Shown here: piece after piece, positions 23,743 to 30,535 of the stretch
How the letters are laid out: each line of letters begins with the position of its first letter
Position numbering within the stretch: the first letter of the stretch is position 1
Source: Bellilinea caldifistulae
GTDB lineage: Bacteria > Chloroflexota > Anaerolineae > Anaerolineales > Anaerolineaceae
Reading direction: 5' to 3'
DNA: 32,000 nucleotides
NCBI RefSeq assembly: GCF_001306055.1
Contig: NZ_LGHJ01000006.1
Span: 1 to 32,000, forward strand
Made by a program: the position numbers and the translations under genes
The notes under the pieces: model-generated
The model's input: the letters and a program-made list of their open reading frames with translations, nothing else
What the model was told of the DNA's origin: nothing
Databases searched by the model: none

Positions 23743-24274
23743 GGGAGATTGCCGCGCTCGCTGCGCTTGCTCGCAATGAAGTAAACCCCTTAATGTCACC
23801 CCGAACGGAGTGAGGGGTCTCCCCGCCGGTCTTGTGGGAGATTGCCACGCTCGCTGCGCTTGCTCGCAATGAAGTAAACCCCTTAATGTCACCCCGAACG
23901 GAGTGAGGGGTCTCCCCGCCGGCTCTGCGGGAGATTGCCGCGCTCGCTGCGCTCGCTTGCAATGACGTAAACCCCTTAATGTCACCCCGAACGGAGTGAG
24001 GGGTCTCCCCGCCGGTCTTGTGGGAGATTGCCGTCCTCGCTAGCGCTTGCTCGCAATAACGTAAACCCCTTAATGTCACCCCGAACGGAGTGAGGGGTCT
24101 CCCCGCCGGTCTTGTGGGAGATTGCCGCGCTCGCTAGCGCTCGCTCGCAATGAAGTAAACCCCTTAATGTCACCCCGAACGGAGTGAGGGGTCTCCCCGC
24201 CGGCTCTGCGGGAGATTGCCGTCCTCGCTAGCGCTTGCTCGCAGTAACTGACGTAAACCGGTTGATGTCTCCCC
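23743..24274. repeat. tandem array of a 93-94 bp non-coding unit, 5 full copies plus 1 partial
   Basis: Units start at 23743, 23836, 23929, 24022, 24116 and 24210, each beginning GGGAGATTGCC. A ~49-nt block GTAAACCCCTTAATGTCACCCCGAACGGAGTGAGGGGTCTCCCCGCCGG is invariant in the five full units. The few SNPs and a 1-nt indel all lie in the other half. The array ends at a T6 tract (24275-24280). Confidence 0.9.
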
Positions 24275-24385
24275 TTTTTTGCCATGTAGCGGGGTTGCCA
24301 CCAGTGAAATTTTTTGCAATGAAATTGCAATGAAAAACCCGCCAATTTTAATAAATTTCTAAGAATTTCATGCTATATTAAAAGT

Positions 24386-24424
24386 GTCAATCGCCTGGGT
24401 GCCCCCCTCACCCCGGCGATTGAC
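24386..24424 (-). terminator. possible terminator hairpin of the CBS-NuoEF-PAS-PP2C operon
   Basis: The minus strand reads GTCAATCGCC-N19-GGCGATTGAC followed by ACTTTTAAT, starting 14 nt after the phosphatase stop. Confidence 0.5.
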
Positions 24425-24437
24425 GCTTTAGAGGGGG

Positions 24438-25604
24438 TTAGCAATACTCGATCTGCACGTCTTTGTTATACGATTGCAACACTTCGGCGATCCGTTCGAT
24501 CAGATAACGGCGGATCGAAATGTTGCGCGGTAGCAGCGGGTTTTGATAGACCGGATTGATGGACTGGCCGACCAGAAAGTAAATCGCATCGGCGTTGAGC
24601 ATTTCACGGGTCAGCAGGTAGGCCCCATTTTCATCCGGGGCAAGATTTTCCAGCGAGCCTTTGCTGGCGCGCAGCAGCTCGAGCGCGGCCGCCATCGTCA
24701 AAATCCCTTCGGTGACCAGATCAATGCCCGGCAGGCGGCCGATGGCGGGGATGTCCGCCCGCATCGTTTCCAGGCGTGTTTCCACACTGGTTTTCAGAAA
24801 GCTGGCAACGATATTGGCCGTCGTTCCGCCGCAGACGGCTTTACGGCCCTCGAACGCCAGCAGACGGTCTACATACACATAGTCATGCCCATCATCAATC
24901 GGCGGCCCGCTGAAGATCATCAACGCGTTGCGTTTGCGCGCCAGAATGCCCACAAAGGTTGAATCGTCACCCGGCCGAAAGCCATATAAACGGTAGGTGG
25001 TGCTCATCACACTGTTGACCACCGTGTGAGCGGCATATACCGGCCGGGCATAGACTTCATCCTGAATGTAACGGGCGATGTTCTCCCAGCCCCAGCCGAA
25101 GTTCATGGTTGTGCCCAAACCGGCGTACAGCACCCCGTCACTGACCAGTCCCAAAAAGTCGCCCAGTTCCAGCTGTCCGCGGTAGAGGGTAATTTTTTTA
25201 TTGAGTATCTTTTGTTGTTCCATCTCCAGCGCCGTACAAACGCCGTTTTTGAAGTAAAACGGCGGTGGGTTGTCGAAATTGATGATGCGGAATGAATAAT
25301 CGTGATGATCCACCGTCAGAATGGTAAAGGTGGCGTAGGCAATCCGCCGCTCGCGGTCTACCGGCAAGGTGCGGATGACCGTGTCAATCACCTCGCGCAG
25401 GGCGGCTTCCTCGCGCAGCATGGTGATGATGATCTCGGTGGTCAGCGTGGCGAGGATGCTGGCTTTCACCCCGCTGCTTAGACCGTCTGAAACGACAATC
25501 GTGGTGCGTTCTGGGGTTTTGAGGGTGCGCACCTGATCGCCGCACAGTTCTTCACCGGCTTTGTTGAGCTGTTTTTGAAAAATATCGAGGAAGATGCCGT
25601 TCAT
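24438..25604 (-). CDS. SpoIIE/PP2C-family protein phosphatase with uncharacterised C-terminal half
   Basis: N-terminal GEELCGDQV...VVSDGLSSGVKASILATL...YATFTIL...LVSDGVLYAG resembles the SpoIIE-type phosphatases encoded next to sensory [FeFe]-hydrogenases in Firmicutes. The start overlaps the PAS gene stop (ATGA). Confidence 0.8.
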   Translation of the reverse strand: MNGIFLDIFQKQLNKAGEELCGDQVRTLKTPERTTIVVSDGLSSGVKASILATLTTEIIITMLREEAALREVIDTVIRTLPVDRERRIAYATFTILTVDHHDYSFRIINFDNPPPFYFKNGVCTALEMEQQKILNKKITLYRGQLELGDFLGLVSDGVLYAGLGTTMNFGWGWENIARYIQDEVYARPVYAAHTVVNSVMSTTYRLYGFRPGDDSTFVGILARKRNALMIFSGPPIDDGHDYVYVDRLLAFEGRKAVCGGTTANIVASFLKTSVETRLETMRADIPAIGRLPGIDLVTEGILTMAAALELLRASKGSLENLAPDENGAYLLTREMLNADAIYFLVGQSINPVYQNPLLPRNISIRRYLIERIAEVLQSYNKDVQIEYC

Positions 25605-26095
25605 CCCTGTTCTTTTTCGACCAGTTCCAGCAGTTTCAGCAGGCTGACTTTGGTTTCGGCGGTGGTTTCGCCCAGCAAGCCGGCAATCTTCTGAGCCACG
25701 CTCATCTGCTTATCCACCACGGCATGAACTTTGAGGATGGTTTCGCGGCGCAGGTTTTGCATTTCGCTGCGCTGTTTCCACTCGTGGGTCAGGTCTACCA
25801 TGATGCCGGCTACCACCCCTTCCTCACGCACCGGAAAGATGACCTTGCGGACATACAGGTCGTATTGCGGGTACTCGCGCTCGATGCCCACCATTGCCTG
25901 CCCGCTCTGCCACACCTGCTGAAAATGGCTGACATCTTCCAGCACCTCGGCGGCATTCCGTCCGATCAAATCTTGCGGTTCGGCGCGGAACATACGGCAA
26001 AACGCCGGATTGACCACCTGAATGATCATCTGCGGCGTCATCACCACCAGCCCGTTCGGGTCGTAATCCCATAACAATTCCCACAGCGATTTCAT
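25601..26095 (-). CDS. stand-alone PAS domain protein with C-terminal helical tail
   Basis: LWDYDPNGLVVMTPQMIIQVVNPAFCRMFRAEPQDLIGRNAAEVL is a canonical PAS start. 164 aa with no kinase or output domain. The start overlaps the ferredoxin stop (ATGA). Confidence 0.75.
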   Translation of the reverse strand: MKSLWELLWDYDPNGLVVMTPQMIIQVVNPAFCRMFRAEPQDLIGRNAAEVLEDVSHFQQVWQSGQAMVGIEREYPQYDLYVRKVIFPVREEGVVAGIMVDLTHEWKQRSEMQNLRRETILKVHAVVDKQMSVAQKIAGLLGETTAETKVSLLKLLELVEKEQG

Positions 26096-26364
26096 GACTC
26101 GGCAACTCCCACTTTGCTCAACACCTCACGGATGAATTTTTCGCGCACATTGCGGCGGTTGATGTCCAGGATGGAGTCTTCGTCGAATTTCAGCACAATC
26201 GCGCGCGCACAGGTGCCCAGGCAAAAGGCTCCCTTCAATTCCAGCCGATCCTGCAAGCCGTATTCTTCGATCAGGCTTTGCAGAACGGGCAGAATTTCAA
26301 ACACGCCGGCCTGATGACAGGCTGACCCCATACAAACATGCAATACGGTTTTGGGTGTGTCCAT
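26092..26364 (-). CDS. thioredoxin-like [2Fe-2S] ferredoxin
   Basis: The C-x4-C (CMGSAC) ... C-x3-C (CLGTC) spacing is like NuoE/HydC-type [2Fe-2S] domains. The start is ambiguous: ATG at 26364 or GTG at 26397. Confidence 0.72.
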   Translation of the reverse strand: MDTPKTVLHVCMGSACHQAGVFEILPVLQSLIEEYGLQDRLELKGAFCLGTCARAIVLKFDEDSILDINRRNVREKFIREVLSKVGVAES

Positions 26365-26465
26365 GGGTTTGTTCCGCTTATTATACGCCGGGTTCACGGT
26401 TCAAAGGTGGCGGCTGGCAGCCCTCTGCCGACCAGAGATGGCTGCCAGCCTTGCAGGGAGGAGAC

Positions 26466-28118
26466 TTACTGGCCGAGGGCAGCTGCTGCGTTGACTTCTT
26501 CGGACTGCTCACTGCGGCGGATTTTGCTCAGGTACTCGTGACGGAAGTATTTGAGCGAACTCAGCACCGGGTTGGGCGCCGATTTGCCCAATCCGCACAG
26601 GCTGGTGGTTTGCATCATTTCGCACAGGGCTTCCATCTGTTCCAGATCGGCTTCGGTGGCGTTGCCTTCCAAAAACTTGTTGAGGATGTGGTAGATTTTG
26701 ACCGTCCCAATCCGGCATGGCACGCACTTACCGCAGGATTCGTCCATGCTGAATTCCATGAAGTAACGCGCCACACTGACAATATCGGAGGTGTCGTCAA
26801 TCACGATCATCCCGCCCGAACCCATGATCGAACCGAGGCGGGTCAGGTTTTCGTAGTCCACCGGTGTATCCAGCAGCTCTTCGGGAATACAACCGCCCGA
26901 AGGCCCGCCGGTCTGCACGGCCTTGAAGCGGTGTCCGTTCGGCACGCCCCCGCCGATGTCAAAGATGATCTCGCGCAGGGTGATGCCCATTGGCACTTCC
27001 ACCAGGCCGGTGTTGGCAATTTTGCCGGTCAGGGCAAATACTTTGGTGCCTTTGCTCTTTTCGGTGCCGATGGAGGCAAACCACTCTCCGCCATTGCGGA
27101 TGATGGCCGGTACGTTGGCGTAGGTTTCCACGTTGTTGATCAGGGTGGGTTTGCCATCCAGCCCGCTGATGGCCGGGTAAGGCGGGCGCGGGCGCGGCAT
27201 ACCCCGCTCGCCTTCAATGGAACTGATCAGGGCGGTTTCTTCACCGCACACAAATGCGCCGGCTCCCAGGCGGATTTCGACGGAGAAGGAAAAGCCGCTG
27301 CCGTGGATGTTTTCGCCCAAAAAGCCAGCCCGCTCGGCCTGACGGATGGCCGTGCGCAGCCGTTTGACCGCCAGCGGGTATTCGGCACGCACGTACACAA
27401 ACCCGCGGGAGGCGCCGACCGCGTAAGCGGCAATGGCCATACCTTCCAGCACGGCGTGCGGATCGGATTCGATGATCGAACGATCCATGAAGGCGCCGGG
27501 GTCGCCTTCATCGGCATTGCAGATGACGTACTTCAACCCGCCGGGGGCATCGTGGACAATTTGCCACTTGTTGCCGGTGGGAAAACCACCGCCGCCCCGC
27601 CCACGCAAGCCGGACTTTTTGATTTCGTCAATCACCCCTTGCGGACTCATGGCGGTGATCACTTGCAGCAGGGCTTTGTAGCCATCGTGGAGGATGTAAT
27701 CTTCAATTTTTTCGGGGTTAATCACGCCGGAGTTTTCCAGCGTCACCTTGTGCTGGCGGGTGAAGAAGGGTTGATTGGTGTCAATCCGCAGTTCTTCCAC
27801 CGCTTCGCCTTTGAGCAAAGCCCGCAAAATCTGCGGCACGTCCTCAACTTTGACGGTTTTGTAAAGCAGGTTATCCGGTTTGATCGAAACGACCGGGCCG
27901 GCGGCGCACAATCCCATGCAGCCGACTTGCTTGACCAGCACCTTGTCTTCCAAGCCAAGGAATTTGACTTCTTTCTCAAAGGCTGCCAGTACCGCCTGAC
28001 TGTCGGACGATACGCAGCCGGTGCTGCCGCACACGTGGATGATGTGCTGGTAGCGTTCCAATTCTTCGCGCTGTTTGCGGATGATTTCTTCGAGGTTGAT
28101 TTCATTGGTTGTTGTCAT
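26466..28118 (-). CDS. NuoF-type NAD(P)H-binding flavoprotein subunit (FMN, [4Fe-4S]) with N-terminal [2Fe-2S] domain
   Basis: GRGGGGFPTGNKW (FMN/NADH site), ESCGKCVPCRIG...CGLG ([4Fe-4S]), and N-terminal CGSTGC...GCMGLC. No C-terminal 2x[4Fe-4S] ferredoxin domain. 550 aa. Confidence 0.92.
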   Translation of the reverse strand: MTTTNEINLEEIIRKQREELERYQHIIHVCGSTGCVSSDSQAVLAAFEKEVKFLGLEDKVLVKQVGCMGLCAAGPVVSIKPDNLLYKTVKVEDVPQILRALLKGEAVEELRIDTNQPFFTRQHKVTLENSGVINPEKIEDYILHDGYKALLQVITAMSPQGVIDEIKKSGLRGRGGGGFPTGNKWQIVHDAPGGLKYVICNADEGDPGAFMDRSIIESDPHAVLEGMAIAAYAVGASRGFVYVRAEYPLAVKRLRTAIRQAERAGFLGENIHGSGFSFSVEIRLGAGAFVCGEETALISSIEGERGMPRPRPPYPAISGLDGKPTLINNVETYANVPAIIRNGGEWFASIGTEKSKGTKVFALTGKIANTGLVEVPMGITLREIIFDIGGGVPNGHRFKAVQTGGPSGGCIPEELLDTPVDYENLTRLGSIMGSGGMIVIDDTSDIVSVARYFMEFSMDESCGKCVPCRIGTVKIYHILNKFLEGNATEADLEQMEALCEMMQTTSLCGLGKSAPNPVLSSLKYFRHEYLSKIRRSEQSEEVNAAAALGQ

Positions 28119-28659
28119 CGCTCAGCCACTCCTCAATTTTGGCTTTCATTTCTTCCACACTCAACTTGCCGACAATCTGGCCATCCAGAATCATGACCGG
28201 GGCGAGACCGCAAGCGCCCACACAGCGAGCCGCCATGAAGGACAGTTTGTTATCTGGCGTGGTCTGGTTGGGGTCCAGTCCAAAGCGCTCTTTCAGCCAG
28301 TCGGTGATCTGGTCGTTGCCTTTGACATAGCAGGCTGTGCCGGTGCAAAGCACGAGGGTATGCTCGCCGGCGGGTTTGCTCATGAAACCGTGGTAAAAAG
28401 TCACCACGCCGTAGACTTTGGAAAAAGGAACTTTCAACTCGCGGGCAACATAAGCCATGGCGTCATAGTCAATGTAGCCGAAGGAATCCTGGACGACGTG
28501 CAGCACCTCGATCAGCGCGCGCGGGTTGTAGTTGTTCTTTTTCATGGTGGCGGCCACCAGTTTCCAGCGCTTATCGCTCATATCGGGGACGAAGTGCTTG
28601 CAGGTTTCGCGGCTTTTTTCCTGTTCTTTGGTTTCGGTGGTGATGGTTGCGTTTGTCAT
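28102..28659 (-). CDS. NuoE-type [2Fe-2S] subunit
   Basis: CTGTAC...CVGACGLAP motifs. I chose the ATG at 28659 with a GAGAGG SD; the track ORF begins at 28734. The 3' end overlaps the NuoF start by 17 nt. Confidence 0.88.
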   Translation of the reverse strand: MTNATITTETKEQEKSRETCKHFVPDMSDKRWKLVAATMKKNNYNPRALIEVLHVVQDSFGYIDYDAMAYVARELKVPFSKVYGVVTFYHGFMSKPAGEHTLVLCTGTACYVKGNDQITDWLKERFGLDPNQTTPDNKLSFMAARCVGACGLAPVMILDGQIVGKLSVEEMKAKIEEWLSDDNNQ

Positions 28660-28673
28660 GGGTACCTCTCGGA

Positions 28674-29516
28674 TTAGCCTAGGAATTTGTGGACGACGAG
28701 GCGGAACAAATCGGTTTCGGTGATGATGCCGCACAAGTCCTGATCGGAATCCAGCACCGGTAAGGCGTGGATTTTGTTCGCCAGCATCAGGCGGGCGGCT
28801 TCGGTGATGGGCTGCTCCTCGCCGATGGTGATCGGTTTGGTGGTCATGATGAACTGCAAGGGGGTGTTCAGCACCATTTCGGTGACTTCCAGCCGACCCT
28901 GGGTGGTCACCACCGAGGGGGCGGCGCTGAGCAGGTCGGTGCGGGTGACAATGCCGATCAGCAGGCCGTTTTGCAGCACCGGCAGGGCGCGAATGCGTTT
29001 GACCGCCATCATGCGTTGAGCCGCCAGTAGCGTGGTGGTGGGTTCGGCGGTTTGAACATCGGCGGTCATGTACTCGTGAACGCGGATGGTCTCGTTCAGC
29101 AGCGGCACTTCTTCAATCACCACGCGGAAAATGTCGGAGGAGGTTAACATACCCACAAGGTTTTGCTGACGGTCGAGCACTGGCAGAGCGGTGATTTTGT
29201 TTTCCATCAGCACGCGGGCGGCTTTTGCCACCGGCACATCCGGGCGGGTGGTAATCACTCCGGTGGTCATGATTTTATCCATGGTCAGGTTGCCGGCCAT
29301 GCGGTACTGCTCCCACGAATCGCGGATGACGGGGGTCACATCGGCGCGCAGCAGATCGCGCTTGGTGACGATACCCACCAGCCGCCCGCCATCCACAATT
29401 GGCATGGCGCGGATCTGGTGGCGGTTCATGATGCGCAATCCGTCATGCAGGCGGGTAGCCGGGTCGCAGGTGATGGCCGGGCTGGTCATCCAGTGTTGAA
29501 CCAGAGCATGTTTCAT
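28674..29516 (-). CDS. protein made of four CBS domains (two Bateman modules)
   Basis: Four repeats of the M(T)..(V/I)........(A)...M.......LPV(L/V)D....L.GI(V/I)T..DL pattern. GGAGG SD. It is the first gene of the operon. Confidence 0.88.
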   Translation of the reverse strand: MKHALVQHWMTSPAITCDPATRLHDGLRIMNRHQIRAMPIVDGGRLVGIVTKRDLLRADVTPVIRDSWEQYRMAGNLTMDKIMTTGVITTRPDVPVAKAARVLMENKITALPVLDRQQNLVGMLTSSDIFRVVIEEVPLLNETIRVHEYMTADVQTAEPTTTLLAAQRMMAVKRIRALPVLQNGLLIGIVTRTDLLSAAPSVVTTQGRLEVTEMVLNTPLQFIMTTKPITIGEEQPITEAARLMLANKIHALPVLDSDQDLCGIITETDLFRLVVHKFLG

Positions 29517-29601
29517 GCAAATCCTCCAATCGTTGAGTACGCTCTAAGGATACAACCGGGGGCTGGATAAGTCATCCACCCGATTTTGGAAACGGCTTAA
29601 T

Positions 29602-29643
29602 CCAAAATATGGAAATCGTCACGGGGCGATTTCCATATTTTGG
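29602..29643. promoter_or_regulatory. 17-bp perfect inverted repeat CCAAAATATGGAAATCG-N8-CGATTTCCATATTTTGG upstream of the CBS-NuoEF operon
   Basis: Read directly, 86-127 nt upstream of the CBS start. A second nested palindrome ATTTTGGA-N10-TCCAAAAT lies at 29584-29608. No T-tract on either strand. It is a candidate operator, or alternatively a REP-like hairpin. Confidence 0.4.
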
Positions 29644-29875
29644 TTGAGAAAAAGTGTTCTAATTGATCGGCGTTTGGATGAGGTTGTAGCCCCCTGGAAT
29701 CAGGTTGTGCCGGATGCAGTGGGGGCTCAGTTGGCCCTGTGCGGCAAATTGGCCCGCTGTTCACCCAAAGGCGCAAAGCCGCAAGGAGGAATCATGCTCC
29801 AAACCTTTGCGCCCTGGTGTCAAGAGGCGAAAGGCGTAAAGAAACTTTGCTGGTGGTGGGGGAGATTGCTCCCTT

Positions 29876-30535
29876 TCAACTCTGCGTCGTTTTGGGCAGG
29901 GTGATGTAGCCCTTCTGGATGGCGTACAGGGCCGCCTGGGTGCGGCTGTCCAGCTGCAACTTGGCCAGAATGCGGCTGACGTGCGAATGGACGGTGGCTT
30001 TGCTGACCACCATCTTCTCGGCAATTTCCTGATTGCTGAGGCCCTGAGCAATGTAGGCGAGCACTTCTTTTTCCCGTTCGGTGAGCGGGTCTGGCTCAGC
30101 CGGTAGGCGCGGTTGGGTCATCTCGCTGAGCAATTTGCGCGCCACAGCCGGGTGCAGGGAAGATTCGCCGCGATGAACCTGCCGGATGGCGCGCAGCAGG
30201 TCATCCGGATCGGAATCTTTGAGCAGGTAACCGGCTGCGCCGGCTTGCAATGCGGCAAATACCTTATCATCCGTGGAAAAGCTGGTCAGCACCAGCAGAC
30301 GGGCGTTCCCGTCCATTTCCAATATCCGGCGGATGGCCTCGATGCCGTCCATCTGCGGCATGACCAGATCCATCAGCACCACATCCGGGCGCAAAGCGGC
30401 GTACTGGCGCACGGCCTGCTCGCCATCGGAGCATTCGCCCACCACCTGCATCCCTTTTTCGCTTTCCAGCATGGCGCGAATGCCTTTGCGCACCACCGGA
30501 TGATCATCCACCAGCAGTACCCGAATCGTCTCCAT
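29876..30535 (-). CDS. NarL/FixJ-type response regulator (REC + LuxR HTH)
   Basis: IRVLLVDDHPVV...DVVLMDLVMP..DG (REC) and LTEREKEVL..IAQGLSNQEIA....VS..TV..H...I..KL (LuxR HTH). I chose the ATG at 30535 with a GGAGG SD; the track ORF starts at 30583. Confidence 0.92.
   Translation of the reverse strand: METIRVLLVDDHPVVRKGIRAMLESEKGMQVVGECSDGEQAVRQYAALRPDVVLMDLVMPQMDGIEAIRRILEMDGNARLLVLTSFSTDDKVFAALQAGAAGYLLKDSDPDDLLRAIRQVHRGESSLHPAVARKLLSEMTQPRLPAEPDPLTEREKEVLAYIAQGLSNQEIAEKMVVSKATVHSHVSRILAKLQLDSRTQAALYAIQKGYITLPKTTQS

Noticed and set aside
23743-24274. Possible CRISPR array, because of regularly spaced repeats.
   Set aside because: The whole 93-94 bp unit is repeated almost identically. 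There are no unique spacers between short repeats, the period is far longer than a CRISPR repeat plus spacer with a variable insert, and no cas genes are nearby.
23545-24345. Minus-strand ORFs of 146, 137, 63 and 89 aa encoding a 31-residue repeat (GVTLRGLLHCEQAQRA.QSP..PAGRPLTPF).
   Set aside because: They are by-products of the DNA repeat. The ORFs overlap one another in different frames, the frame is lost where the unit length changes from 93 to 94 nt, and there is no SD or sensible N-terminus.
26355-28196. 613-aa plus-strand ORF, the longest in the region.
   Set aside because: It is exactly antisense to the well-supported NuoF gene, which has FMN and [4Fe-4S] motifs. Its product is Gly/Ala/Val/His/Asp-rich low-information sequence with no motif. 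This is a typical shadow ORF in GC-rich DNA.
29517-29875. A Rex operator upstream of the NuoEF-type operon, as is common for such genes.
   Set aside because: No TTGTGAA-N4-TTCACAA-like palindrome is present. Only an isolated TTCAC occurs, at about 29759. The palindromes that are present have a different, AT-rich sequence.
29644-29904. 86-aa plus-strand ORF in the intergenic region upstream of the CBS operon.
   Set aside because: It has a TTG start without an SD and an odd Trp/Cys-rich composition. It overlaps the response-regulator 3' end in antisense and lies across the palindromic and promoter region. It is most likely non-coding.
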